From contig BAAIJX010000001.1 in the NCBI GenBank assembly GCA_054600435.1, positions 1,054,001-1,118,000 on the forward strand: DNA of 64,000 bases. The letters are read 5' to 3'. A program made the position numbers and the translations under genes. Source of the DNA: Neophaeotheca triangularis (lineage: Eukaryota). The notes beneath the pieces were generated by a model that saw nothing but the letters and a program-made list of their open reading frames with translations, was not told the DNA's origin and did not search any database. Below are positions 34,678 to 48,079 of the stretch, piece after piece (positions within the stretch are counted from its first letter, which is position 1; each line of letters starts with the position of its first letter).

Positions 34678-36930
34678 CTACCCACTCCCTTCCATCCCCA
34701 GCGCATACTTCTCCCCCTCGCTCTCCCTGACCCACCCCTCAATACGCTCCGCCACATCCCCAACCAAGCGCTCATACCGCTCATCAATAAAGAACAGCCC
34801 ACAATGCGCGCCAACTTCATCCACGTCCTTCATAAAAACCCGCACCCACGTGGGATCGCGCTCGCCATTCGCGTCCTTGGGAGGCAGAGTGCAGAACTTG
34901 CGGTCTTTGGGCGGGGGATCGTCGTTGTCGTCGGCGTTGTCGTCGCGAGAAGGGTCTTGGACCGTCGTTCTGTCGTCGCCCGGTGGAGTCATGTGGCCCG
35001 TGAAAGCGCCCGGGATCGTTGGGAGGTTTTGCAGAGCGGAGGTGGTGTCGTAGTCGGGGGAAGCGGGTTCTTCTTCGGGGGTTGATTCGCCGCGCATGCG
35101 TCTTGCTTCGGCTTCCATGCGATCGCGCTCGCGCTGGAGGCGGAGCATTTCGCGCCGCTCGTGGGTCATTTCTTGCTCGGCTTCTTGGAGGTAGGCGGGC
35201 AGTTCGCCTTCGGTGGGTTTCTTGCCATTGGCCTTGGCTTGGGAATTGGCTTTTTGCGCGTCCTTTTTCGCCTTGTCTAGGTCTTTGCGGACTTTCAATT
35301 GTTGCTTTTTGGCAAGTTTGGCGCGTTCTTGGATGACTTTTTCTCGGTCTTTGAGTGTTTTTTCGTAGGATTTGACTGCGCGATTATGTTCTTTCTCGGC
35401 GAGCTTGCGGGTGTCTTTGTCGGTGACGTTGGAGAGGTCAGGAGGTGTAGGTGCTTGGGGAGGATCTGGCACCGCGGGAAGGGACATCGAGGGCGTCAAA
35501 GTTAGGCTTTCGTCGCCGGAAGAGGCAGTGACTTGGTCGTCGTATCCTGGACTTGTTTTTCCTTTGGTTCCGTTAGTTCGCTGCTGAGGGTCATGGATTG
35601 TCAAAGATTCTGCTGCGTTGTCCAAATCTTCGCTGTCGGATACTGGCGCCGGAGCAAGCTGCTTCATGTCGTTTGACTCGTTTCCGCCCTTTTCATCCGG
35701 TACTTGAGGCTCCTTGGAGATCACGCCACTGTTTCTGTACTCCTCGACGGAAATTTCCGGGCTCGGTGATTGTGATGGTGCTCGATCGTCGGAGCTGCCA
35801 TCCTCTGAAGATCTACCCACGATTTGCTTCAATTTTGACTTCACGTCATCTGACCTATTCGCATCGTCTTCATGAATAGAAGGAGATTGCCCAGGGGATT
35901 CGGGCCTCTTGGACTTGCCATGGCTAGCAGTGTAGTAATTGATGAAGCGAACTCTGGGCGGCGCTCCCTCGTTCTGCGTGACAGAAGCTCTGATCCTATT
36001 ATTGTCTTCTTCCAATGCCCTTATCCTCGCGTATCTCGCCTTCAACTCGCTGTAATTGGCCATGGCGCCCCCGAATTCCAAATGCGAGGTCACCAGTTGC
36101 TTCGTAGCATGTGTTAGATTCTTGTGGTGTTTCTGAACGAAGTGCCACGCATTGCGCCATCCTTTCCTGACTGGTAGTACCACATCATTCTGGAAGCTGG
36201 GGTTGTAGTGAGGGTCGTCGCTGGACCGTGTCCAGAGGGGGTCCTCCTTTTCAGCGCTCGGAGAAAGTTTGTCTTCGGGCTCCTCACCGGGCTTGAAGAT
36301 ACTTGCTAAACCGCTCTTGATGATGCCTGGGTGCATGCCCAAAAACGGAACATCGAAGTTTATGGTCCCCAAGATCCGATGTTTTAGGGGTCTCCTCGAC
36401 GGTGACTCTGGAGGCTTCAGAACGACCTCTGCCTGCAAAAGTCCTCCCATGGAATGTCCCAATAAAACTACATCCGTACTCGGACTTTCATGCGGTTCAA
36501 GCCATTTGCTAAAGTTGTCCCTCGCAAAGCTAATGTTCTGCCTGCTCCTGTATCGCGGGTAGATCTTGGTGTGTACCACGTGCGTCTCAACCAAAAGGAC
36601 TGTCAGGAGGTTGTGTACATGTGCCGGAAAGCTGCGGAAGCTCGTCTCGTCCCCCATGAAGCCATGAATGAATACGCAGAGCAACTTTCTCCTTTCATTC
36701 TGCTGATTGGAGTCTGACGGTACGAGGGATTGTTGGGAGGATGTGCGGGGGTCTTGAGAATCCCAGTCGGACCTCGCAGTAATATCCCTGGACATGGTCG
36801 TCTCATACGAAGGCGGCGTATCATCTGCGGCGGGAGGGGAGAGTGTTGTTGTCGAGGTGTCTCTCCGTCTGGGGGGTAATGGGGGAGGATTTTTCCTCTG
36901 GTCTGGGAAAGAGCTCTCACTGGGAGCCAT
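34678..36930 (-). CDS. Alpha/beta hydrolase, DUF676-like putative serine esterase (750 aa)
   Basis: VFIHGFMGDETSF; nucleophile elbow GHSMGG; FDVPFLG; C-terminal DEVGAHCGLF. Confidence 0.85.
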   Translation of the reverse strand: MAPSESSFPDQRKNPPPLPPRRRDTSTTTLSPPAADDTPPSYETTMSRDITARSDWDSQDPRTSSQQSLVPSDSNQQNERRKLLCVFIHGFMGDETSFRSFPAHVHNLLTVLLVETHVVHTKIYPRYRSRQNISFARDNFSKWLEPHESPSTDVVLLGHSMGGLLQAEVVLKPPESPSRRPLKHRILGTINFDVPFLGMHPGIIKSGLASIFKPGEEPEDKLSPSAEKEDPLWTRSSDDPHYNPSFQNDVVLPVRKGWRNAWHFVQKHHKNLTHATKQLVTSHLEFGGAMANYSELKARYARIRALEEDNNRIRASVTQNEGAPPRVRFINYYTASHGKSKRPESPGQSPSIHEDDANRSDDVKSKLKQIVGRSSEDGSSDDRAPSQSPSPEISVEEYRNSGVISKEPQVPDEKGGNESNDMKQLAPAPVSDSEDLDNAAESLTIHDPQQRTNGTKGKTSPGYDDQVTASSGDESLTLTPSMSLPAVPDPPQAPTPPDLSNVTDKDTRKLAEKEHNRAVKSYEKTLKDREKVIQERAKLAKKQQLKVRKDLDKAKKDAQKANSQAKANGKKPTEGELPAYLQEAEQEMTHERREMLRLQRERDRMEAEARRMRGESTPEEEPASPDYDTTSALQNLPTIPGAFTGHMTPPGDDRTTVQDPSRDDNADDNDDPPPKDRKFCTLPPKDANGERDPTWVRVFMKDVDEVGAHCGLFFIDERYERLVGDVAERIEGWVRESEGEKYALGMEGSG

Positions 36931-37576
36931 GTTGGGTAAAGGTGATGGATTGCTGCTGACCCTCAGTCGACGGTGACCGGGCAGCTTTCTAGACGGAGGA
37001 CTACATCTTGACAGAAATAATACTGGAGTGTACCGTATCTACTGCCTAGTACTGCGGATGCAGGAAAGCTGCTCTGCCAATGCAGGCTGACGTGACTCGC
37101 CAAGGAAACCTAATCAGCCCTACGGCCTTTGCCTCTACCAGTAACAACAGCTTCGCTTTTCTCGCACTCCTTCGCAACTTTCTTCAATTTATACGACAAA
37201 TGTCTGGAGTGATGCCTCGCGACAAGCGAATGCTACACGGAACCAATCAGCTATCTTGCTGTGGTCCCACCGAATAACAGCCCAACAATGGATTTCTTCC
37301 AACTAGTCTCGACATAAGCAACACCACAGCATCACCAGTGGTCATTTTGGTTGGCTGGGTTCGCGCGGCACCTGGCCATCGACGGTGCCAAATTTGCAAA
37401 CGATGAAAATGCGGAGATGAGTTGGATTTGCCATAAGATGCTTCTCACTAGCATTGACTTTCCGTGAGAAGACGCCCTAAGCTACGTGGCATCAACGGAA
37501 GGCGAAATCTCTGGCGAATTGGACCAGTTCTGTGTTTTCCCAAGCCTCGACTCCTGTTCTTACCACTTGAGCCGCC

Positions 37577-37813
37577 ATGGATGAAGACCTGGACAACGAC
37601 ATCTGGCTCGCATGCCTGAAGTTCCTCGGTATGCTTGCGACGGCGCTGGGTGGGTATATCCTACTGGATGCGCGCCTCGATGTATTGTCAGGCAGAGCCA
37701 ACCAGTGGTTGTCGGCTCTGCGACGGACCAGCGAAGGCCATCAAGTCGGAAGCCGTAATGCCTACACGCGATACGGGTCTGGTCCAGGCACTACTCGAGA
37801 TTCAATAATGTAG
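37577..37813 (+). CDS. Possible small single-pass membrane protein (78 aa)
   Basis: Strong start context GCCGCCATGG; acidic N-terminus followed by hydrophobic IWLACLKFLGMLATALGGYILL; no recognised homology. Confidence 0.25.
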   Translation: MDEDLDNDIWLACLKFLGMLATALGGYILLDARLDVLSGRANQWLSALRRTSEGHQVGSRNAYTRYGSGPGTTRDSIM

Positions 37814-38448
37814 CCCTTCGACCGGACATGGATTCATCACTCAAGACCGGACTGCCTCTTTAGCACACCACGTGGTCGCGCGAGGTAGGCGTAATGAAAT
37901 CGACGGACTCGTTCGACGTTCGACCATATGATTGCTTTATCCTTCGACTTTAGGCTTTATTTTGACTGGCAGGTCAACAGGCAACTAAGTAAGATTAAGC
38001 GTCTCTTAGTAGGTAAGCGGCAATCGGTCGTCAGGGATGCGTGCATTCTTACTCGCAAGAAGGCCGTTGATGCAGCACGTTGTTCTTCTAACCGCCGGCC
38101 CAGCCCATCTTGCGGACACTGCGGACTTATCCCACCTGAACGGTGTCTATGGGCAAAAGAAAGCTGCGATTTGTGTGGAACGCCGAGGCATCACGTGCGC
38201 GCGACTTTTGGCTATCTCGACTTCCACCAATCCCGAAAATGGCTCAAATCCAACCGGATGGACCCGCGCAATGTGCTCGCAGCAGATCAACAATGCAACT
38301 ACTGTGTAGCACGACAGTCGATGACTGCGCCACCACCGTGCTTTTGCGTCTAAACGTCTCTCGCGTTGCTTCAAATCTACCCCATCCGCCGCTGGATGTC
38401 TTCGTTGTTTCCTAAAGTCCCATCAGCTTCGTTGCACTTTGCCCGATC

Positions 38449-40962
38449 ATGGCATTTACGAAACACCTCGATTTCCTCAGTCTTCACTGTAAGTCGTAAA
38501 GGTTCGGCCATCGCCGAAACAGCACGACTTATCAACTAGCAGACGCCTACATTCTGACCTGCGCGCTTGTTGCGTTTATCATCCTGGTGGGAGCTCGGAA
38601 CATTTCGGTGGTCGATGCATTCTTCTTTGCCTGCAGTGGCAATACAGAATCTGGACTCAACACGTACTGCCTCACCGACGATGTAAGAGATGTTGCATAT
38701 GCTGACTTGTGAATGTTAGCATCGATGTAAACGATTTGCTACTATATCAACAGCTCGTGATCTACTTTTTCCCAATCATCACGAATCTCGGTTTCATCAA
38801 TATCATCGTTGTATTTGTGAGATTGTACTGGTTTGAGAAGCGACTTAAGGAGTTTGGTCAGTACATTTAATGACTTTCAGGCTCTCGGCATTGCGTCTAA
38901 CGCTGGAACAGCACCCAGGCTGTTGAAATCGAAGTCAGCATGCAATGATACTGAAGACCAATATGGCTCATCTCACCCAAGAGACGCCGACCCTGAAGCG
39001 CCCCGTCTCTCTAGAACTGCTCAAGGAAACGGGAAGGATGTTAAAGATGACAACAAGTTTCACGAGCAGAACACAGGGACCGCAGCTTCCTCAAACGAAT
39101 ACGCAGACGATGAATATGTACCAAGCAGTAAGGTCGTTTGGGCTGACGAAGTTGATCGCTCTAGGAAGGGTAAGGGCAAGGCACTTCGCATCCCGACGCC
39201 TAGAGATTTCGAAAAGGGTAAGGGAAACATCTAAGGAGCTATAGCCTGGAATGACTAATCGAGATTCAGGACTACCCCTTGAGGAAGTAGACATGAGCGA
39301 TGAGGGTATGTTTCACGCTTCGTTCCCTTTTGGTACATTGTTGACTTGGGAACACAGAAGACGAAGACGACATCACCGAAATCAAAGACCGCATCGCTAG
39401 CGGCTCTGATGGCCCATCGGCATATCGTAGAAGGTCTATGAGCCGCAGGGGCTCCATGGCGCTAGAGAGGATCGCCTCTTCGAGCGCCAGCATGGCAGCG
39501 ACAGCCACCCGATCGTTCTTCGTATTGGGTGACGCTCCATCACGCGGCCGGAATGACGACCCAAATGTAAGGCTATCGCCGCGAAGATCTCGCTCCCGGT
39601 CTCCCCAGTATGCAGCTCGAGCTCAGGAGACCCTACCGACCTTGTCATCCAAGGCGACCATCGGCCGTAATTCCAACTTTGACCATCTCACAGCCTTGGA
39701 TCGAGAGAAGCTGGGAGGTATAGAGTATCGGAGCCTCAAACTGCTTCGGACACTGGTACTCTGCTACTTCTTCGGACTACATATCTTTGGCGTTCTGGCT
39801 CTGTTGCCTTGGATCCTGAACACGCCTCAATATCGCGAAGTCCTCGCGCCGCTGAGCATCGAGCCAGTATGGTGGTATGAATGTCTCTTATCGTACGTGA
39901 AGTCTCCAGTATACTGACAGCTTCTATCGTAGGGCATTCTACAGTGCACAGACCATGGTCGACAACCTTGGCTTCACCATCACCCCCACGAGTATGATAC
40001 CGTTCAATACCGCCACTTGGCCCATGCTTGTCATGACGTTCCTCGCCTTCGCGGGAAACACCTTCTACCCAGTATTGCTACGGCTACTCATCTGGACAAT
40101 GCACAAGGTCCTCCCAAAAAGCAGCGGTCTCCAAGAACCTCTACGTTTCTTACTGGATCACCCTCGCCGCTGCTATACCCTGCTCTTCCCAAGCCGAGTA
40201 ACCTGGACGCTCTTTAGCATCCTCTTCGCACTCAACTTCGTAGACACTCTGCTGATCATCACCCTTGACCTTGATAATCCTGAAGTAAACGCCCTCGCGC
40301 CCGGCCCCCGAATCCTCGCCGCCCTCTTCCAAGCCGCATCCTCCCGCCACACGGGCACGTCCTCCTTCGGCCTCGCCAACGTCAACCCAGGCGTCCAGTT
40401 CAGCCTCGTAGTCATGATGTACATCTCCATCTTCCCGATCGCCATCAGCATCCGCTCCTCAGACGTCAACGAAGAAAAGGGTCTCGCGCGCTACACGCCT
40501 CCTAGAACCGCTCCCTCGAATTCCCAGCCCGCCCAGACCTATATCCGCAACCACATGCGCAGCCAGCTCTCCTTCGACTTGTGGTACATTTGCGCAGGCG
40601 CCTTTATGATCTGCGCCGCCGAGAGCGAGAAAGTCATGTCTGGCGAGAACACGGCTTTCACCGTTTTCGCCATCTTGTTCGAAGTCACGAGCGCTTATGG
40701 TAACGTGGGCTTGAGTTTGGGGACTATGGCTACAAACACCAGTCTTTGTGGGGAGTTTGGTACTTTTGGCAAGTTGGTCATTTGTGCTATGATGTTGAGA
40801 GGTAGGCATCGGGGGTTGCCGACTTCGTTGGATCGGGCTGTTACGCTGCCTGGTGAGGAGTTCATGACTGATCGAGACGATGATGTTGCTGGTCCGCCGA
40901 GGGAGGAGGATGCGGTGAGAGATGAGAACATGATGGAGTTGCGGAGGCCCAAGACAATGTAA
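38449..40962 (+). CDS. Trk-family K+/cation transporter (multi-exon)
   Basis: DAFFFACSGNTESGLN; EKLGGIEYRSLKLL; DNLGFTITPTSM; FLLDHPRRCYTLLFP; FQAASSRHTG; LFEVTSAYGNVGLSLG; MLRGRHRGLP. Confidence 0.93.
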
Positions 40963-41744
40963 ACACGCTGTCTTGCGCTGACTCACGAAGGCTTTGAGAC
41001 AAGAAGCTTCTCTGCCTGTAAGCGGTTCGCTGGGCAAGATGGAGACGCTTCTCGAAAGCAATCTCGTGTCATCCCGTCTTTTTTCCTTCTTGTGCCCGGT
41101 CCTTCATCGATACCAACGGCTTAAGACGCCATTCTTTCGCCATGTCTCCGGTGGGAATGGATTCAAACACGCCTAACGAATCTTAAGCTCGGGCGATGCT
41201 TATCTTGGGGTCCTTTAGGGCGGCATCCGCGTATCTAGGTATAGTCCGCGTTGGCCGAGATAGGACTTCAGACCGGTTCAACTGGATTTTGCTATCGAGG
41301 GATGTTTTGTTCCGACGAGGGCAGGATGCTTGAGTCCTCTGTCAAGACCGGCAGATGCAGCTGCAGCTGCAGCACTTTGCGACTCCTCCTGTGACCTCGC
41401 TTCAAGGCTTGGCACTGATAAGAGTCTTCACTCACATGAAGACTACACTTGGCTACTATCGTGCTACAGACGACTCTCTAAGTCAAGCAGTATGGAGCCT
41501 CCCCCACGTCTTCTCGTGTTCTTATCAGCTCGATATGCACGAGGTTCTGAATCGGCAGTAGAGGTTGGCATGCGCCGATGATAAGGAATGGCATACAGAT
41601 CACCTTAGCAGGATGGTGCGGTATCGGGACAGTTCTGCCTGGATGGCGATGATGGCCGGCACTGAATAATCTATAAAAGGTCACCATCTTTCGTCACAAG
41701 CATGTTGCAGATCATTGTTGACCACCCTCTGAAAATCTATCACG

Positions 41745-44311
41745 ATGCATTCAGGCCTCCTCCTCGTTGGCTGTGCTGCTATTGCAGCTGCTGTTCCCAA
41801 CCCTCCACTGGGCTACGAAAGACGTCTTTTGCGTGAAGCATGGGACAAGAGAGGTTACAACGACAGTTCATCGACGACTTGCCCAAGAGACGCCGCGCCT
41901 TCAACCACGGCTCCTCTTCCAAACTTTTACCAGCAGATTTCTGCTAAAGACAACGCTGCCGTTTGGGGCTTTCTCCATGACCCAGCTACCGGGCTCAACC
42001 TGACCCATCCAGATGAGGCAACCCTGACAGACAATTATGTTTTCTTCATCGACACCGTGCCAGTCAACAAGAGCGATGTACTCGCCTACAAGGAAGGCGG
42101 CCCTCTGCCTCCCAAATTTGCCAGGGTTATACTTTTCGAAGGTGGCAAAGAAGAACCAGATTCGCAAGAATACATGGTCGGACCGTTGCCAATGTCTGCT
42201 GAAAGCGGCATTAAACCTCTTGACTGGATTTACAATGGTGGTATGGGTGGCAAAGTACCTTTCAATGCCCGCTATTTCGATGGACCGCGATCGGCAGCGA
42301 CGGAGCCTTTGATTGCACGCACGATGTCCAGCATCGCAGACATCACGTCTTCCATGTTCCAAGGGGGCGTCTACTATGGCTCAGACAACGAGCGCACTAA
42401 CCTGACTTTCACTGAGGGCACTCCTATCTCCTGGGATGGCATGCAGGCCTTCCGCAACATAATGTTCAGATACCCCGGGCCGGCAACCTATCTTACTCCC
42501 ATTGACTTCTACTTGCTCATCGACTGCACCGGGACAGATGCCTCTCACTACTTTGTCAAAGGCTTTGTGACCAACACCCGCTTCTTCGAGACGGAAGCCG
42601 ATCTTCGTGCGGCTTTTGAAGCCGGAGAGGTTGCACAAAAGTACGACCAATCCCTCGATGCAAGCTGGGCGATGCTCGACTACAAGCCCGAGTTGGGTGT
42701 TCGTGATCTTGAGGAGCGCCTTGCGCCTTCAAGCCTCGAGCTCGATGGCAAACGATACCGAGTCGACCCTGAGGCGCAGTACGTTGAATACATGGGCTGG
42801 TCGTTCTTCATCTCCTTCTCGAGAACGGTCGGCATTTCCCTGCACGATATTCGGTTCAAAGGAGAGAGCGTCATTTACGAACTCAGTCTGCAAGAAGCCC
42901 TCGCGCAATATGCAGGCAATCAGCCAAAGGCTGCCAACACTGTGTACCAAGAGTATGGCCTTCAGAGAGCGTTATTGATGTAAGGAATTTACTAATTGCC
43001 TGTGTCAGCACATATTACGGTATCGGTACTTACATGGCCAGCTTGATTGAGGGCTTCGACTGCGTGAGTTCGCTTCTGCTCGCCACCTTGCTTTCCGAGG
43101 TACGATTGGCTGACAAGTTGGCAGCCCTTCGGGTCGACCATGTGGAACGTTTCATGGCATGAGGCCGACGAGACTGTCGTTGCGAGGAACGCCATCTGCA
43201 TTTTCGAGCACGATCTTGGGTTTCCCGTTTCCCGTCATCGTACCGGGGGTGGCCCTAGCGAATATGGCTTTGCCAATTTTGGTGCGGTGAAAGGTGCCCA
43301 GCTGACCGTTCGTACGATCGCCACCATCGGAAACGTTGGTCTTCTCACTCGGCGTGGACATGCTGCCACGGCGTTATTATCTTGCTGACCGTCTGCTACC
43401 ACTTCCAGTACGATTACATGTTCGACTTCTCGTTTAACCTTGACGCCGTGGTCGAAGTCGCCGCGAGAGCCTCTGGATACCTACAATCGAGCTTCTACTA
43501 CCCTGACCAAAAGAGCTTTGGCCCTCGAATCCAGGAAGGGACCATGGGCAGCCTCCACGACCATGTTCTGACCTTCAAGGCCGATTTCGACGTTATAACT
43601 CCCGGCTCCAACAGCTTACAGGTCAGCGAGCTCGAAACCATCAACGTCACGCAACCATGGTTTCCTGAACTAGGCGAGTTCGAGATGTTCGACCTGAACA
43701 TTAGTTACATGCAGGAAGAGCAGCAGTTTAACTGGGGTGACAACAATCAGAAGATGTTCGTCATCTTGAACAAGAACGAGACTAACCAATGGGGCGAGCC
43801 AAGGGGTTACAGGATCGTCCCCGGCCTCTCTGACATTCACCTGTCCACGATGAACTCCCCGTTCTCGCTGAAGAACAGCGAGTATGCGAAGAGCCACCTC
43901 GCCCTTACTAGACAACACGACAACGAGCCCTTTGCGAACTCCATCCAGAACGTCAACCTCCCGTGGGCGCCTCAACAAGACTTCGCAAAATTCTTCGACA
44001 ATGAGAATGTTGACGGCGAGGACGTTGTACTTTGGTTCAACTTGGGAATGCATCATTACACCCGCGCAGAGGACGTCCCTGTCACGTTGTTCACGGAGGC
44101 CTACTCTAGCATCAAGTTTTCGCCTCAAAACTTCTTCGCGCGCGCCCAGGATGGAGATCTTCGCAATCGAATCTGGGCTGTGCCCACAGAGACGGAAGAC
44201 GGGAGCGGGGAGTATTACCTTGACTCTGAGCTCTTGGCCGCACCTTTGCCTACTTGCAGCTTGCGTTTGAATGACCCTGTGGATGGGATTGAGACTTTGG
44301 TGTATGTCTGA
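41745..44311 (+). CDS. Secreted copper amine oxidase (TPQ-dependent), multi-exon
   Basis: Signal peptide; YMGWSF...HDIRFKGESVIYELSLQEALAQY; TIGN|YDY cofactor motif joined across intron 43335-43408; Cu ligands GSLHDH and NLGMHH. Confidence 0.93.
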
Positions 44312-44728
44312 GGGTCCTAGGTAAGAAGCATGGCGAGAGTCAGGGGCTCAGGGGTTACTGAGATGAAAATTCAAGTACTGAGTGTCGGAACGGCCAGCGA
44401 ATAGATACATAAGAACGTCTTACAAAGATTGTTTCAATAACTCACTTTTGAATCGCTCACTTCTGTCGTTGTGGAGCGAAATGATACTGCTCCATTTCTG
44501 AACCTAGTTGCCGTGAAGCTGACACGTGACGTCACCCTGGCAACGCAGCCGAAGCTTTGCCGTCAAAACACCACATCGCTTGTGCTGATTGGAACGCGCA
44601 TCGCATCGTATCGAATCGCATCGTCTCGACTCTTGAAGTGCGCCCAGACGAACAACTACAGCGCCGACTACAAGGTCACCGCCCCCAAGGCAGACTCCAT
44701 CCTCAATTACCACGTCGCCGCCGACAAT

Positions 44729-45782
44729 ATGGACCCATCCTCGTCGCACTCCGCCAGGACGCGCCCAATCGTGGCCAGTCGCTTGCCCGCGTCGCTGCGC
44801 TTCGTCCTCGTCTACATCCTCGCTCTGAGCCTGCGTACGGGGCTCTACACGCTGCTAGGCGACTATGTAGGCACTGAGATGGCTGCTATCAGCAGAGATC
44901 TCGAGGACAAGCCTTACCAAGTCGGCGTGCTATTCGCATGGAAACTGACGGAGCTGGGAAGTACCTGGTTGGCGGGATACGACTGTAAGTCGACGCGACC
45001 TGTCGACAGGACAGCAAGGGCACGGCACTGACAGGGAATTCACAGACGCGGACGTGGGCTCCCTTGCAATCCTAGCGCATTTGCCATACTACTTCCTCAT
45101 CACGTCGTTTTACACCATTTCCCTCCAAGACGCAGCGATCGCTTTCGCAATCGAAGTCTTCAGCGTGACTCTCCCGTTCCGCCTTCTCCGCGGCGTCAAT
45201 CAATCCCACGACCCTGCCTACCCCGATGACACCTCCGCGCCCAACCGCGCCCTCGCCAGCGACAAGAGCATCGTAGCCCTCGTAACCATCCTCGGCGCGT
45301 CAATACAATCCATCGTCATCTACAGCAGCTTCTACACCTGGCTCCCTACGCACCTGATCCTGCACTTCGACGGCCTGCGTAGTCTAGCACGCGCCCACGA
45401 AGACAGTCTAATCTTGCTCGTACGGTCCTTCCTGCCAACAGGCCTGGCGGCCATGGCCTTCCTCTTCGCGCCCACGATCGGCGCCCCTCAGAACCCCGGC
45501 AGGACTAAGCCCAAGGATATGCGCTTCAATCCCGAGACTGCCACTTTCATGGAGACGCTGGTCTACAATTTAGGGCTCGGCGAACACGGGCTGACGCATA
45601 GGGCAGAGATCCTGACCAAGAGGACAGCCGTGCTCGCTTTCAGTGTTTTTGCCAACACTGTTGTGAGGACTTACTCGACGATCGAGGGCACGGACCTAGT
45701 AGGCTCGCTGGGGTACGCGAGTGTGTGGAGTGTGACGAGCTTGTTGATGGGGGTTGCGTACGCGTGGGTGAGCGATGAGTAG
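44729..45782 (+). CDS. Fungal multi-pass membrane protein of unknown function; intron 44984-45045
   Basis: Two hydrophobic ORFs join in frame across GTAAGT...CACTGAC...CAG; coding-like codon usage. Confidence 0.8.
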
Positions 45783-46535
45783 AGGGAGTCGGCTGCGCAA
45801 GAAGGGTAGAGGCGTTTGGAGATGGTGGTGTGAGAGTACTGAAGAATTGTGTGTTTTCTACTAATGCCAGGTCTTCGGTTGGCAGGAGCTGATATAAAAT
45901 GGTGGGGATGGGAACGGTATACCCTGGGCTTGTAACTCTAGCTTCCCGAATATATCGAGTGCTTCATGATTCACAACGTGGCTGCTTCCCGGCGGCTTGA
46001 GCTGCTTCGCATGGATCTGTTTGTTGTCGTGAAAGCATTCAGCCTGTGTCACGCCAGGCTCTCTAAGAACATGACGCTTCTCGATCGCGTGTCCAGCGTC
46101 GCCCGGGAGGTCATAAGTATCAAAATTTAGATCGTTCATCCAGCAACACATATCGCTTTCGCCCTGAGCATCAATAAAGATGAAGCAACCCTGTCGACTG
46201 GTGATAGCTACGCAGCTCAACCTCGCGTTTACATGGACGCCTGCGATGAGGCGCGAGCTTTGCGGCATGACTAGATTACTCATTTTGCTGACAATCGATT
46301 GGATTTGTAAGGTAACGCATCGAGTCTCCTCTTACCGCAATCAAAAGCTATCGGTTGGCTTCGGTTAAAGCGTGAATGCGTCAGGCTGAGAAATCAAGTG
46401 GCAAGTAGCAGGTAATATTAGACGACCATAGGGACTCTACTTTGACATTATCTACAAAGCGATCAGCAAACCACCTTGGCAGCAAAACCCCTTCACATTA
46501 CCCAAACAATCACCACCCCAGACAAACTCCCAGTC

Positions 46536-48079
46536 ATGGCATCCAAACTTTTCAAAAACGGCACCATCATCACCTTCTCGGACGAAGCCAATGGCCTCAA
46601 AGTCCTCCAAAAAGCATCCCTCCTAATCACCAACGACCGCATCACAGCCATCGAAGAAGACCCGACCCAGCTCCCCCGGCTGCCACCGGACACGGAGACC
46701 ATCGACCTCGAGAACAAGATCCTCAGCCCAGGCTTCATCAACACCCACTTCCACAGCTGGCAAACCGCCTTCCGCAGCCTCGCGCCCGATGTCTTCCTCG
46801 CGCAATACTTCTCCTGGCTCTCGCACATGTCTCCCCAAGTCGCCTCCGCTTTTGAGCCCGAGGATGTCTACTGGAGCGCGCTACAGGGGTATTTGGAGGG
46901 CTTAAATGCCGGCGTCACGGGGTTTGTCGAGCATGCGCATAATAATTGGCGAAGGGAGGTTGTTGAGCCTGGTTTTGAGGCTGCTTTGGATGCTGGGGCG
47001 CGGGTTTGGTGGTGTTTTGACGTTTTGGAAAGGGAGGGGTTTGGGGCTGAGGAGCAGTGGGGAGTTTTGAGTGGGTTGGCGGGGAGGGAGGAGGGGTTGG
47101 TGAAGTTGGGGCTTTCGTTGGATGGGAGTCTGGGTTTTTCGGCTGGTGAAGGGGCAGTTGAGAAGGTTAAGGAGATGGCTGGGTGAGTCGTCGCGCTTTG
47201 AAAGATGTCGCGGTTGGCTGACTGTTATCAGAAAACTTAAGCTTGAGGCACTTACCGCCCATCACCTTGGTGGCCCTTGGCCTTGTAAGTCCCGAACATC
47301 TAGTAATAGGGACTCGCTCCTTGGCCTCTGCTAACACCTGTACAGCCGCCAGCAGTCCCCAAACTCTCGCGAAAAAGGGCCTAACCTCCCTCAACATCCC
47401 TATGATCCTCTCCCACGCCTCACACTTGACAGATGCCGAGATAACCACCCTCCGCGCCGAGAACATCTTCACCTCAATCACCCCAGAATCAGAACTGTCC
47501 TACGGCCATGGCCAAACAACCGGCCATCTAATCACCGACCAAGCCAGCCTAGGCATCGACACCAACCACACCTACAGCGGCGACCTCCATTACCAAGCCC
47601 GCCTCTGGCTGCAATTCACCCGCAACCGCCTCTACCAGCAAACCCTCGACGAGGGCAAGATCCCAAACGCCAATCCGTTCCCCGTGGAGCAAGCTTTCCT
47701 ACTGGCGACGCGTCAAGGCGGGAGGTCACTACGAAGGGATGACATTGGTGTCATAAGGGTTGGCGCGAAAGCTGACATTGCGGTCTTTGATGGCGACTCA
47801 CCGAGTATGCTTGGCTGGACGAATGCCGTGGCTGCGGTGCTTTTACACGCAAATGCCGCGGATGTAGAGCATGTAATTGTGGGCGGCCAGTGGCGGAAAA
47901 GGGATTTTAGGCTGGTTGATGGTGAGGGGTTTTCTCTTGCAGAGGTGAAGGCGCGGTTTGTAGAGGCTGCGAAGAGGATTCAGGGGCAGATGCGGGAACC
48001 GCCAGAGTTGGGAGAGAGCCTTTGGGGGGTTGCGGAGTTTGGGGATGTCGAGAAGGTTTCAACTCTTCGACGGGAGTAG
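46536..48079 (+). CDS. Metal-dependent amidohydrolase (MTA/SAH-deaminase / chlorohydrolase-like); 2 introns near 47182-47231 and 47285-47345
   Basis: LSPGFINTHFHSWQT (HxH); ILSHASHL; SITPESELSYGHG; SLGIDT; GVIRVGAKADIAVFD. Confidence 0.9.
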
